A DNA stretch of 64,000 nt from Gemmatimonadales bacterium (GCA_037189525.1 JBBCJC010000005.1:704001-768000); one strand, 5' to 3'; numbered from the stretch's first letter, positions 49,891 to 61,369 are shown. Notes: generated by a model from the sequence alone, not told the origin. Numbers and translations are program-made.

Positions 49891-49910
49891 GCATACAATA
49901 ACGGATACAA
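49891..49910 (-). promoter_or_regulatory. Candidate operator in the divergent S9 peptidase / class A beta-lactamase promoter
   Basis: Minus strand TTGTATCC-GTTA-TTGTATGC, same 12-bp-period layout as 59920 and 36890. Confidence 0.45.
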
Positions 49911-49976
49911 TTTGAGCCTGCACCGGGCGCTCTGATCGGCGACCGACCACCTTCCCACTCTCTCCCGGGGCCTTCC

Positions 49977-50969
49977 ATGTTGAGCCGTTTCGTGACACCG
50001 GCGTTTGCCGTCCTTATTCTCGCCGGTGCGGCAGGCGCCCAGACACCGAGCCAGAACCTCGCCAATGAGATTGCCCGGATCGAGCCGTCGTCGGGCGGCA
50101 CCGTCGGCGTCGCCGCTCTGCACATCGAGTCGGGCCGCACCTTCTTCCACAAGGCCGACGAGCAGTATCCGCTCGCCAGCACCTATAAAGTGCCGATGGC
50201 CATCCTCGGCATGAAGCTCGCCCAGGAGGGCAAGCTCGATCTCAACACGATGATCCAGTGGGACACCACCGATCTCCATATCGGGAGCGAGGCCCATCTG
50301 CTCTTCCGGAAGCCCGGCTTTGCCACGTCGCTCCGGAATATCATCGAGACGACCATCATCCTGTCTGAGAACAACTCCACCGACATCCTGCTTCGCACCA
50401 TCGGCGGCGGCGCCGCCGTCACCCAGTACCTCCGCAGCCTCGGCATCAACGACATGCGGATCGACCGGCCCACAGCGGAGATCATCGCGCATCCGTACGG
50501 GATCACCGACATCTGGACCGCCGACGGTAAGTTCTCGCGCACCAAGTGGGAAACCCAGTCCCGTGCCCTGAGCCCGGCGCGGCGCGACTCGATTGCCCAC
50601 TACTACGCCAAGGATCCTCGCGATCACGGCAGCCCGCGCGCCATGCTGACCCTGCTCACCAAGCTCTGGAAAGGTGAGTTGATCGACAAGGCGCACACGG
50701 CTGAGCTGATCGACATCATGTACCGGACCGAGACGGGCGCGGGCCGGCTCAAGGGAATGCTGCCGGCCGGCACCCGGGTGGCCCACAAGACCGGCACCTT
50801 CGCGGGTACGGCCAACGACGTCGGTATCATCGACTTGCCGGACGGCACTCACGTGGCGATTGCGGTGTACGTGAAGGGCTCGCGCCGAGTGCAGGGCCCG
50901 CCCCTCGAAAACGCGATCGCGCAGTCGGCACGGGCGGTGTACGACTACTTCCTCTACAGCAGCAAATAA
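49977..50969 (+). CDS. Class A beta-lactamase-like protein with atypical omega loop
   Basis: Signal peptide; YPLASTYK (SxxK), SEN (SDN variant), DPRD, AHKTGT, NDVGII; DRPTAEII where DRxExxLN is expected. Confidence 0.88.
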   Translation: MLSRFVTPAFAVLILAGAAGAQTPSQNLANEIARIEPSSGGTVGVAALHIESGRTFFHKADEQYPLASTYKVPMAILGMKLAQEGKLDLNTMIQWDTTDLHIGSEAHLLFRKPGFATSLRNIIETTIILSENNSTDILLRTIGGGAAVTQYLRSLGINDMRIDRPTAEIIAHPYGITDIWTADGKFSRTKWETQSRALSPARRDSIAHYYAKDPRDHGSPRAMLTLLTKLWKGELIDKAHTAELIDIMYRTETGAGRLKGMLPAGTRVAHKTGTFAGTANDVGIIDLPDGTHVAIAVYVKGSRRVQGPPLENAIAQSARAVYDYFLYSSK

Positions 50970-50986
50970 CGCACAGGGTTCGACGT

Positions 50987-51026
50987 ACGAAGGGGGCGGT
51001 GGCCGTTTGGCCGCCGCCCCCTTCGT
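50987..51026. terminator. Terminator hairpin between the convergent beta-lactamase-like gene and aceA
   Basis: 18-bp stem ACGAAGGGGGCGGTGGCC-gttt-GGCCGCCGCCCCCTTCGT with one G-U pair. Confidence 0.75.
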
Positions 51027-51040
51027 GCTTTACGTCAGAC

Positions 51041-52327
<1,287 letters not shown>

Positions 52328-52342
52328 GGTTGCTCCCTCGAT

Positions 52343-53899
52343 TCAGATCGGATCGTGCCGGTCGGTCACGATCATGGCTTCACTCTGATAGCGCGCCTGT
52401 CGAAGGCGGTCACGCTCGCCGGCGTCATCGACGCCTTCGAGCAGCAGCGCCAGTTCGGCGTCATACAGGGCTGTGAGGAACTCCGGCGTGTGTGGCGCCG
52501 GCCGTCCCGCGTCATCGAGAACGGGTACGACGTCCCGATGGCGAACCCGCTGCGCCAGCATCAACCGATAAATCCGGTCGGTAGCCAGATCTTCCATATA
52601 CCCTTCGATCAGACTGGCCCCGCGCCCGGCCAGCACGCCGGCGCGGTAGCGAATCGTCACACGCGCAGCCGCGCGCGATCCGGCCACCGTATGCACACCT
52701 ACCCCGGCAGGCGCGGGACGGAGGTCGGGATAACGATCGATATCCGCCGGACGGCGGAAGCCCTGGTTGGGCACGGGAAACTGCGCCACGGCAATGGCGT
52801 TCTGATCGGGATGACCGGTCCAGGCGCCGTCCATGAGCGCCGAGGCCTCGTTCTGCTTGTCCCGCTCGAGGGCGGCCAGGGCGCGGGCATTCAGGTCGGG
52901 ATCAGTCCGACTGGGGAACAACGCCGTCATTCCACCGATCGCCAGCGCGCCGCGTTTGTGGCAGATCTCGGGCAGGAGCACCCGAAGCCGCTGGAAGAAC
53001 GGCACGTCGTGCGGAATGGTGTTGCGATCGGGCAGAACCCAGGTCGGATCAGCCAGGTTGAAATGGATCAGACTGGCCATGTAGTCCCAGCGCCCCAAAT
53101 TGAGACCCAGGATGTGATCGCGCAGATGGTAGAGGAACTCTTCCATCTGATAGGCGAGCGGATGCGACTCGACCAGCGCCATGCACTTGATGGCGTCGCG
53201 CGGCAAACCTTTGAGCTCCGCAAGCCGCGCAAACAGATCCCGCCACCAGATCGCCTCTTCGCCCGACTCGCTCTTCGGGATGTAGATGGCAATCGGATGG
53301 CGGAGCCTGGCCGGGTCCAACCGGTGAACCAGCAACGCCACATCGAAGAGCGAAGCCGAGACGAGTTCCCCCGGCACGATGCCGGCCTGATGGAGATGCA
53401 GGCCGCGCACCCGAACCCAGGTCACCGTCCCGGACGGCGCAATCGCCACTCGCGTGTTCCGCTTGGCGTCGTGGTAGGTCAGCGTTCCGTGCAGCGCCTC
53501 GACGGCATTGGCGTGCCCGCGAAGGAGCGTCGCCCAATCGTTGGCCATCGAGTCTTCGAGATCGATCATGACCCCGGGCGCACCCGAGTTGAGCATCTTG
53601 ACGACGAGTTCTCCGTCGTCGGCCGGCCCGGTCATCTGATTCCGCTGATCGGCGCACCAGTCCGGCAGGGCAATCCGCCAGTCGCCGGTCGTGGCGTCGG
53701 ATGGCGGACGATGCTCCGGCAGCCGTCCGAGCTGCGCACCAGCCAACGCCTCGGCCCGGCGATCGGCCAAACTGCGCTGCCGCGGCGAGAACTCGTGATG
53801 CAACGGGAGGAGCTGCTCATAGAAACCCGCCGGGAGATCCCGAACGGGGTCGAAGTCGTCGGGGGCCGTGTTGCATCGCTGCTCGAAGTCGACCGTCAT
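52343..53899 (-). CDS. aceB: Malate synthase
   Basis: MTGP, DLEDS, RVRGLHL, YIPK, LNLGRWDY, CHKRGALAIGGM, DGAWTGHP, MEDLAT; directly upstream of aceA. Confidence 0.9.
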   Translation of the reverse strand: MTVDFEQRCNTAPDDFDPVRDLPAGFYEQLLPLHHEFSPRQRSLADRRAEALAGAQLGRLPEHRPPSDATTGDWRIALPDWCADQRNQMTGPADDGELVVKMLNSGAPGVMIDLEDSMANDWATLLRGHANAVEALHGTLTYHDAKRNTRVAIAPSGTVTWVRVRGLHLHQAGIVPGELVSASLFDVALLVHRLDPARLRHPIAIYIPKSESGEEAIWWRDLFARLAELKGLPRDAIKCMALVESHPLAYQMEEFLYHLRDHILGLNLGRWDYMASLIHFNLADPTWVLPDRNTIPHDVPFFQRLRVLLPEICHKRGALAIGGMTALFPSRTDPDLNARALAALERDKQNEASALMDGAWTGHPDQNAIAVAQFPVPNQGFRRPADIDRYPDLRPAPAGVGVHTVAGSRAAARVTIRYRAGVLAGRGASLIEGYMEDLATDRIYRLMLAQRVRHRDVVPVLDDAGRPAPHTPEFLTALYDAELALLLEGVDDAGERDRLRQARYQSEAMIVTDRHDPI

Positions 53900-54098
53900 G
53901 TCCAGAACCTCGCTCGAGGATTCAATGGCGCCCGATCCGGCTTCCCTGCGCGCCAACCGACTGGGCTTCCTTCCCCAAGCTAGGATCAAAGCCCGAATCC
54001 GTCAAGCGAATTTTCGCCAATGGCTTGCTTTTCGCTGAGCGCGAAGATAGGTTGGCCAATGCCCTTTCGCTGACAGCGTCACCGCTCGGAGCGACTTC

Positions 54099-55592
54099 AT
54101 GACCAATACCGCACACCTGCGCACCATGTTCGGGATCAAGCTCTCCCGGCTTCGGAGTGCGCGACGGCTAACCCTGAGCGCGCTCGCCAGCCGGGCCGGC
54201 GTCTCTGTCTCATATCTGGCCGAGATCGAAGCCGGGAAAAAGTTCCCCCGGGCCGAGAAGCTGCTGGGCCTCGCCGATGCCCTGAGCCTGAGCCTGGAGG
54301 ATCTGATCTCCTCGAAGGTGGACGCCGAGTTCGCACCGCTGCAGGGTTTCCTCGATTCACCCGGTCTGGCGAACTTTCCGTTCGAACGCTTCGGGTTGCC
54401 GCGTGAAGAGTTGGTCCAGCTGCTGAGCCGATCGCCCAACGAAGTCGCCGCGCTACTCCGCACCTTGAATGACATTGCCCGCCAGTACGACATCGGGGTC
54501 GAGCACTTCCTGCACGCCGCCCTGCGGTCTTATCAGGAACTCACGGGCAACTACTACCCCGACCTGGAAGCCGCCGCCGAAGCTTTTGCCGACGAGCTGG
54601 CGGAGGCGTATCCCGACTGCTCACAAATGGAACAGTTGGAGCGGTGGGTGGCTGCGGAACTTGAGCTCACCATCGACGACCGCTCGCTGGGCAATGCTCC
54701 GCCCCTCAAGACGGTTCGGGCCGTCCGGTTCGATGGCGAACATCGCCTGCTGATCAGTCCGGCCCTCACGGCTTCGCAGCGCGCCTATATCCTGGCCCGC
54801 GAGGCCGCCTATCATCGGCTGCGGCTCAAGACGCGCTCATGGGTATCGCCGCCGGATTCGGACGGTTCATTCGACCAGGTCATCAACGACTTCCGCGCTT
54901 CGTACTTTGCGGGGGCCGTGCTGCTGCCTCGGCGAGTCATCAATGCGGAGCTCAAGAAGTGGTTCCGTCAGACGAAGTGGCAGCCGAGCGTCCTGCTCGA
55001 CATGATGGATCGCTATCAGGTCACGGCGGAAACCCTGATGTACCGGATGAGCCAGGTGATTCCGGGCGAGTTCGGACTCAAGGTGCACTTCCTCAAGTTT
55101 CGCACCGAAGGCACCACCTATCGTCTGGTCAAGCAGCTCAACCTGTCCAACCTCCCGGTTCCGGAAGGCCACGGCGGGAGCGAGCACTACTGTCGCCGCT
55201 GGCTCACGACGCGGTTACTCACCGAATTGAATCAGCGCCAGCATCGGCACCCGCGGCGGCAGCCCGACCCGGCCATCGGCGTTCAATCGTCACGCTTTCA
55301 CGACCGGACCGACGAGTACTTCTGCCTGGGCCTCGCAGCGCCCGCGGCGCTCGATCCGACCATCAACACCAGTCTGACGATCGGTTTCAAGATGGACGAG
55401 GCCTTTTTCCGGGCCGTCCGATTTGCCAAAGATCGATCGATCCAGCGCGCCCTGATCAGCTCCACCTGCGAGCGGTGTCCGTTCGATTCGACCACCTGTC
55501 GCGATCGCGTCGCGCCGCCGAGCCGAGTGCGCCGGGAACGGGCCTATCAGGCTCAGCAGCGCGCGCTATCCGCACTACGATCCGCCTCCTGA
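54099..55592 (+). CDS. XRE family regulator (RamB/ScfR-like) of the glyoxylate shunt
   Basis: N-terminal HTH (GVSVSYLAEIEAGKK), ASYFAGAVLLP, HYCRRW, C-terminal TCERC...CRDR Cys cluster; divergent from aceBA. Confidence 0.85.
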   Translation: MTNTAHLRTMFGIKLSRLRSARRLTLSALASRAGVSVSYLAEIEAGKKFPRAEKLLGLADALSLSLEDLISSKVDAEFAPLQGFLDSPGLANFPFERFGLPREELVQLLSRSPNEVAALLRTLNDIARQYDIGVEHFLHAALRSYQELTGNYYPDLEAAAEAFADELAEAYPDCSQMEQLERWVAAELELTIDDRSLGNAPPLKTVRAVRFDGEHRLLISPALTASQRAYILAREAAYHRLRLKTRSWVSPPDSDGSFDQVINDFRASYFAGAVLLPRRVINAELKKWFRQTKWQPSVLLDMMDRYQVTAETLMYRMSQVIPGEFGLKVHFLKFRTEGTTYRLVKQLNLSNLPVPEGHGGSEHYCRRWLTTRLLTELNQRQHRHPRRQPDPAIGVQSSRFHDRTDEYFCLGLAAPAALDPTINTSLTIGFKMDEAFFRAVRFAKDRSIQRALISSTCERCPFDSTTCRDRVAPPSRVRRERAYQAQQRALSALRSAS

Positions 55593-55679
55593 GCCTGATC
55601 TGCTGAAAAGGAAGGCGCCGCGAATCCGTTATGGACTCGCGGCGCTTTGCTTTCCCGACTGAGAACTGCCGTCGGCTCG

Positions 55680-57164
55680 CTAGTCGCTCTTCTTAGGCCG
55701 GAACGTGGCGAGCCCCGAGACCTCGAGCTCCGATACCTTCGCATTCGCGTCGAGCTGGAAGGTGAACGACCGCGCCCCCTCCCTGAACGTGTTGAAATGC
55801 CAGTGCTCGGCGGACGCATCGACACTCTGCCAGCGAAAGACGAGGCGGTCTCCCTGCACCGCGACCGAGAGGTCACCGTAGAGCGGATCGGTGTAGGTCC
55901 CGGCATACCGCTCGAGCGGCAGCGACGGCCGCGTGCCCATGACACGCGAGTCGGTCATCCGCTTTGCCTGTTCAGCCTGGCGTGCCATCGCGGCCCGGTT
56001 CTGTTCCAACTCTTCCGCGAGGTGATCCTTCGACGGCGCACCAAGCAGGAAGCGATCGACGATGTTCATGACGATTGCGGGCCCGGCCGAGTGAGGCGCC
56101 CCGTTGGTCAGCACAATGATACCGACCTGCGCGTCCGGCAGCGTCCACATCTCCGACAGCATGCCGTCAATGCCTCCGTTGTGCCATGCAATCCGCGCAC
56201 CGCGGTAGCTCGTGACCACCCAACCCAAGCCATAGCCCGTCGTGCCGCTCAGACTGTCGCCGGCCCCGCCGGAGTTGATGTGCGGCGTCTTGGTGACCGC
56301 CAGATTGGCCGCGCTCACCAGGCGGGTTCCGCCGTAGACGCCGTTGGCCAGGTGCATCCGTACGTACCGGGACATCTCGACGATACTCGAGTTGATGGAC
56401 CCCGCGGGCGCGGCATTGTCGAGGTTGCGCCACGGAATCGGCTTGGCCGCACCGTCGGCGATGGCGTGCGGAGTCGAGACGTCCGATTGCTGCGCCAGTC
56501 CGTTGGTACTGAGACTGCTCCGCTCCATGCCGAGCGGCGTGAAGATCCGGCGACGGACCACGTCGTCGTAACTCATCCCGGCGGCCCGTCCGACCATCTC
56601 ACCCGCCGCCAGAAACATGATGTTCTGATATCCCAGCTCGGTGCGGAAGGGAGCGTTTGGCGTCAGATGGCGGACCCGGTCCAGGATCTCGTCGCGCGAA
56701 TACGAGGTGCCGTACCAGAGCGGATCTCCTCGGCGGCCGAGTCCGGATCGGTGGGACAGGACATCGCGCAGGGTGAGTTCACGGGTGACGTAGGGGTCAT
56801 AGAGCTGGAACCCCGGCAGCCACCGGGTGACCCGATCGTTCCACGACATCACCTTGTCGTCGACCAGCATGGCCGCCGCCGTCGAGGTGAACGACTTGGT
56901 ATTGGACCCGATGGCAAAGATCGTCGTCGGCAGGACCGGATCAGGCTTACCGATTTCTTTGACGCCGAATCCCTTGGCGTAGATGAGCGAATCGCGGTGC
57001 ACGATACCGACGGCCACCCCGGGCAGGTGCCACGCCTGGCGCACCCGCTCGACATACTGGTCGAGCCCGGCCAGCGGATCCGCCTTACGCTGCGCAGCAA
57101 GGCCGCCGCTCGATGCCGCCAGCAGCATTGTCAGGATACTCACGATCCGAACACGTCGCTTCAT
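55680..57164 (-). CDS. Secreted serine hydrolase with DUF3471-like tail
   Basis: ATG 57164 with GGAGGG; GSNTKSF, YQN, HNGG, YAGTY...HWHFNTF. Confidence 0.9.
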   Translation of the reverse strand: MKRRVRIVSILTMLLAASSGGLAAQRKADPLAGLDQYVERVRQAWHLPGVAVGIVHRDSLIYAKGFGVKEIGKPDPVLPTTIFAIGSNTKSFTSTAAAMLVDDKVMSWNDRVTRWLPGFQLYDPYVTRELTLRDVLSHRSGLGRRGDPLWYGTSYSRDEILDRVRHLTPNAPFRTELGYQNIMFLAAGEMVGRAAGMSYDDVVRRRIFTPLGMERSSLSTNGLAQQSDVSTPHAIADGAAKPIPWRNLDNAAPAGSINSSIVEMSRYVRMHLANGVYGGTRLVSAANLAVTKTPHINSGGAGDSLSGTTGYGLGWVVTSYRGARIAWHNGGIDGMLSEMWTLPDAQVGIIVLTNGAPHSAGPAIVMNIVDRFLLGAPSKDHLAEELEQNRAAMARQAEQAKRMTDSRVMGTRPSLPLERYAGTYTDPLYGDLSVAVQGDRLVFRWQSVDASAEHWHFNTFREGARSFTFQLDANAKVSELEVSGLATFRPKKSD

Positions 57165-57229
57165 GACCACCCTCCCGGGGAGACACCGCAAGTGCGGCAC
57201 CCGACGACTGCCGGGTGCCGCGACGCACC

Positions 57230-58372
57230 TCACACCCAGATCTGGCCCAGCACCCGCTTGAAGTTGCCTCCCAGCACGCCGAGAATCTCCGCGTCGGAAT
57301 ACTTCCGGCGGATCAATCCGTCGGTGATGTCGTACATCCGCTTCGGGTGGGCGATCTCATCAATGTCGATCTTGTCACGGAAGGCGTAGCTGTCCTTGTA
57401 GCCCGCCTTGAGCCGCTTGTAATCCTCGGGCGGCATGTCATCGTAACCGTCCAGATCGATATCACTGCCGATCCCGACATGCTCGCGACCACCGGTGACC
57501 TTGGCCACATGGTCCATGTGGTTGAGATAGTCCTCGATCGTCGTCGGCTCCTCGTTCTTGACGAAGTTGCGGACGCCGGTAATCCCCATCACGCTCCCTG
57601 CCTGTCCGACTTTCTTGATCACTTCATCCGGCTTGCAACGCGGATGCCCGGGAGCGAGCGCCCGGGCATTCGAGTGCGTGATGAGGACCGGCTTCTTCGA
57701 GGCTTCGAAGGCATCGAGCGACGTCTTGTCGCCGCAGTGGGAGACGTCGATGGCCATCCCGACTTCATTCATCCGCGCCACGATGCGGAGACCGAAATCG
57801 CTGAGGCCTTCGTCCTGTCGCTCGGTCGACCCGTTGCCGATCCAGTTCCGGCTGTTGTAGGTCAACTGGGAGACACGCTGACCATACCCGTAAAATTCGG
57901 CGACATGGTTGGGGTTCTGGAAATGGTCGGCGTTCTGAACGCCCAGCAGAATCCCCAGCTTGCCCGACGTCCGCACCCGGTCGAGATCCGCGGCGGAGTC
58001 GATCCGCATGAGGTAGTCGTCGCGGCCGGCAATCAGCCCGTTGAGGCCGAGAAAATATTTGAGCGCCGCCTCATAGGCGTTAGGCCCGCCGAATCCGACG
58101 GCGTGGTGCGCCACATGAATTCCGGAGGTCTTGTAGCGCTCGAAATCGGCCGCGGTAAAGGTCTCCGGATTCGTGTTCCAGCGACGCTGCTTGCCGAAAT
58201 CGAGGGTCAGCGGAAAGAGCATATCGATCACGGTCGCCTGCTTCATGAGGCCGATACAGCGCGCCGTGTATTCGGTGGTGCTCCAAGGGAACAGCTGGTA
58301 TCGCCCTCGGAGAAACGCGGGCGCCCCGATGGCCGCCACGGTGGTCGTGAGGAACTGCCGGCGAGAAGTCAT
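57230..58372 (-). CDS. Membrane dipeptidase (M19) family protein, Tat-exported
   Basis: MTSRRQFL Tat motif; QLTYN, GLSDFG, IDVSHCG, THSN, HVGIGSD, LGGNFKR. Confidence 0.9.
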   Translation of the reverse strand: MTSRRQFLTTTVAAIGAPAFLRGRYQLFPWSTTEYTARCIGLMKQATVIDMLFPLTLDFGKQRRWNTNPETFTAADFERYKTSGIHVAHHAVGFGGPNAYEAALKYFLGLNGLIAGRDDYLMRIDSAADLDRVRTSGKLGILLGVQNADHFQNPNHVAEFYGYGQRVSQLTYNSRNWIGNGSTERQDEGLSDFGLRIVARMNEVGMAIDVSHCGDKTSLDAFEASKKPVLITHSNARALAPGHPRCKPDEVIKKVGQAGSVMGITGVRNFVKNEEPTTIEDYLNHMDHVAKVTGGREHVGIGSDIDLDGYDDMPPEDYKRLKAGYKDSYAFRDKIDIDEIAHPKRMYDITDGLIRRKYSDAEILGVLGGNFKRVLGQIWV

Positions 58373-58409
58373 GGAAGCCTCAGGGTGCGAGTATGGGGAC
58401 CGGGCGCGA

Positions 58410-59894
58410 TCATCGCTTGCGTCCAAACGTCCCGAGGTTGGGATAGACGAGAGAACGAATCCGACCCGACGCATCGAGTTGGAAGGTGACCCGGGTCGGG
58501 CCGAACACCGGGTTGCGCCAGACGATGGCAAAGGTGTCGTAGTGCCAGTGCCGGAGGTCGCCGGTATAGTGAGGCCCGAACCGGGCAACCAGGCCACCGT
58601 TTTCCTCGGTGATGCTGATGTCGCCGTACATGCTGTCGGCGTACACACCGGCGTACTGCGCCAGTGCCAGTGAGGGCGACGTGCCGGTGACCCGGGCCGC
58701 CTCGACTTTGCGCCGCTCTTCATCGGCGCGCTGCGCAGCGGTCTTGGCGTCGGCGAGGTAGAGCGCGCTCCAGTCCTTGTCGGCGCCACCGGTGTAGCGA
58801 TCGAGCAGCCAGTACATCATGGCCGACGGGAGGCTCGACTCGGACACATTGGTCAGCACGACGATGCCGAGTTTCTTACCCGGCACCAGAGCCACCTGAG
58901 CCCGCATGCCGCGAATGGCGCCGCCATGCGAGACCAGCTTCATACCCCGATAGTCGCGCAGCGACCAGGCCAGACCATAGGCAGTCAGGTTGGTCTCCGG
59001 AAAGTGGCGCTCGTCCATCGTGCTCCGCTCCGTATGCATGTGCGGCGCGTGCATTTCCTTGATCGTTTCGGCCTTGATCAGCCGCCGGCCGCCATAGACG
59101 CCCTCGCCCAGCTGGAGCCGGATCCACTGCGCCATGTCCGCGACGCTCGAGTTGATCGAGCCCGCCGGTCCGATGTTGTCGATGTTGGCCCACTCCACGG
59201 CGGTCGGCACGCCGCCGATCTTCTCGTGCGGCGAGGCGACGTCCGTCATCTGCGCCAGCGGAATCGTGCTGGTCACCGTGCGCTTCATGCCGAGCGGCTC
59301 GAAAAACCGTTGCGTCACGAAATCGTCCCAGACCGTCCCGGTCACCTTGTCCACCACCGTACCCGCCGCGAGATACATGATGTTCTGATAACCGTACTGC
59401 GACCGGAAACTCCAGGTCGGCTCCAGGAAGCGAACCCGGCGGAGTACCTCGGCACGCGACATCCCGGAGTTGGACCAGAGTCGGTCGCCGCGCACCAGAC
59501 CGCTCCGGTGCGTCAGCAGATCGCGAATGGTCAGTTCCCGCGTCACGTAGGGATCGAAGAGTTCGAAGTCGGGCAGATAGGCCGTGACCCGATCGTCCCA
59601 GTCGATCTTCCCCTCGTCGACCAGCAGGCCGAGCGCGGCGGACGTGAACGCTTTGGTAGTGGAACCGATGGCAAAGATGGTATTGGGCGTGACGGCGTCT
59701 GACGTGCCCAGCTGGCGAACACCGTAGCCGCGCATCAGCACCACCGAGTCGTTTCGGACGACGGCAAATGCAATCCCCGGAGCCTGCCAGTCCGCGAGGG
59801 CTTTGGTGAAGTAGCGATCGATCGCCTGCGCGTTCTGGGCGGTTGCGATGCCCGGAACGGCAATCGATACGACGAGCCAGAGCCAACGAATCAT
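58410..59894 (-). CDS. Secreted serine hydrolase with DUF3471-like tail
   Basis: GSTTKAF, YQN, HGG, YAGVY...HWHYDTF; paralog of 55680 and 37823. Confidence 0.9.
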   Translation of the reverse strand: MIRWLWLVVSIAVPGIATAQNAQAIDRYFTKALADWQAPGIAFAVVRNDSVVLMRGYGVRQLGTSDAVTPNTIFAIGSTTKAFTSAALGLLVDEGKIDWDDRVTAYLPDFELFDPYVTRELTIRDLLTHRSGLVRGDRLWSNSGMSRAEVLRRVRFLEPTWSFRSQYGYQNIMYLAAGTVVDKVTGTVWDDFVTQRFFEPLGMKRTVTSTIPLAQMTDVASPHEKIGGVPTAVEWANIDNIGPAGSINSSVADMAQWIRLQLGEGVYGGRRLIKAETIKEMHAPHMHTERSTMDERHFPETNLTAYGLAWSLRDYRGMKLVSHGGAIRGMRAQVALVPGKKLGIVVLTNVSESSLPSAMMYWLLDRYTGGADKDWSALYLADAKTAAQRADEERRKVEAARVTGTSPSLALAQYAGVYADSMYGDISITEENGGLVARFGPHYTGDLRHWHYDTFAIVWRNPVFGPTRVTFQLDASGRIRSLVYPNLGTFGRKR

Positions 59895-59919
59895 GAGCGC
59901 ACTCTCCGAGTCCTAAGAT

Positions 59920-59939
59920 GCGTACAAACTTGTATACAA
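59920..59939 (-). promoter_or_regulatory. Candidate GntR/FadR-type operator upstream of the hydrolase-dipeptidase-hydrolase run
   Basis: Perfect palindrome TTGTATACAA (59930-59939) within TTGTATAC-AAGT-TTGTACGC, 25 nt upstream of the ATG. Confidence 0.55.
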
Positions 59940-59989
59940 TAATCCGGCCCCTGCGACCCTTCGGCAAGGACCCTACTCCGCAGCCCGTC

Positions 59990-61369
59990 TCAGCGCCGTG
60001 GTGTCAGCGGACGCGGCTGATGCCGAGGATAGACTACCTGGCCCGCCTGGACCTGCAGACGCCCGTCGCGAATCACGAGGTCGACGTTGCCCAGATCTTC
60101 GATCCGCTCGTCGGGACGGCCGGCCACGACCAGGACATCCGCCAGCTTTCCCGTCTCGAGGGTACCCAGCAAACTCCCCATGTCGAGCAACTCGGCATTG
60201 ATGCGCGTGGCGATCTCGAGCACCTGCGGCACCGTGTAGCCGATCGAGACCAGCTGACGCATTTCCTCGTGATAGGGCCAGGGCAGGTAGAGGTACCAGT
60301 CGGTCACCAGATCCGTCCCGATGCCGATCTTGACCCCGGCATCCTTCATCGCGCGCACGACCGCCAGATTGGCGTCCTGCGAGAAGGTGAATCGCCGGCT
60401 GGTCGACCCGTAGTACCCGCCCTGCAACGCGAAGATGATCGTGTACGGCACCAGGGTCGGATTGGACGCCACGCCCTTCTCCGCCATGAGGCGGATCGTC
60501 TCCGCCGATCGCGGGAGCGGGTGCTCGATCATGTCCACACCGGCCCGCACCGCGCGTTCGATGTAGAACGTCTCCGCATCGACGGTGACCATGAGCCCCA
60601 GGTCGTGCGCTTCCTCGACGGCCGCCTTGATCTCCGCTTCGGAGTAGTGGCTCGACACTTTGATCAGATCGGCGCCCTTCCGAAACTGCTCGCGCACGGC
60701 CTCGCGCCAGTCGTCGGGTCCCGAGGCCTCGCGAATGCTGGCCAGCGGTCGCGCCCCCTCGATATCGACCTCGGCGCCATGGCCGCCTTTTCCGGTGATC
60801 AGACTTCCGGCTGCCAGCACCCGAGGCCCCACCACCCGTCCTTCGGCAACCCACTGCTTGAGCAGGAAGGGCGTATCGCCGTTCGACGCGACATCCCGCA
60901 CCGTGGTGATGCCGCTCTCGACGTAGTACCGAAGCCGCTCGACTCCGCGAAGCGCGCCATCGGCCACACTCCACGCACGCGCGTCGGAGTTGCCCGGCAA
61001 GCGGTAGTCGAGATGGGTATGCAGGTCGATCAGACCGGGCAGCACCGTCTTGCCCGTGACGTCGAGCACCTTGGCATCCCGCGGCCAGGCCGTCGACTCG
61101 GGCGCCAGGACGCCGACGATCCGATTACCCGTGATGACGACCGTGCCGGGACGCGCGGCCCGTCCCGTGCCGTCCCAGACCCGCCCTCCACGCAATACGA
61201 TCGAACCTTTGGGAACGTTGACCCCGGCCGGCATCGGGATACGACGGGGATCATGGGTGACGGAGGTACTGGAGTCGATCCAGCGCTGACGTTCGGTTCT
61301 CGGCACCTGGGCCGACAGCGGCAGGATGTGACACAGGCCAAGACCGGCAAGCAGAAGAGCATGGCGCAT
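59990..61369 (-). CDS. Metal-dependent amidohydrolase, secreted
   Basis: VLPGLIDLHTH, GITTVRD, GADLIK, IEHP, GTD, GKLADVLVV. Confidence 0.9.
   Translation of the reverse strand: MRHALLLAGLGLCHILPLSAQVPRTERQRWIDSSTSVTHDPRRIPMPAGVNVPKGSIVLRGGRVWDGTGRAARPGTVVITGNRIVGVLAPESTAWPRDAKVLDVTGKTVLPGLIDLHTHLDYRLPGNSDARAWSVADGALRGVERLRYYVESGITTVRDVASNGDTPFLLKQWVAEGRVVGPRVLAAGSLITGKGGHGAEVDIEGARPLASIREASGPDDWREAVREQFRKGADLIKVSSHYSEAEIKAAVEEAHDLGLMVTVDAETFYIERAVRAGVDMIEHPLPRSAETIRLMAEKGVASNPTLVPYTIIFALQGGYYGSTSRRFTFSQDANLAVVRAMKDAGVKIGIGTDLVTDWYLYLPWPYHEEMRQLVSIGYTVPQVLEIATRINAELLDMGSLLGTLETGKLADVLVVAGRPDERIEDLGNVDLVIRDGRLQVQAGQVVYPRHQPRPLTPRR

Noticed and set aside
49848..50852. N-terminal 335 aa of the tracked 1114-aa ORF
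   Set aside because: It is the antisense shadow of the class A beta-lactamase-like gene; the S9 peptidase starts at GTG 49847 with a strong RBS and signal peptide.
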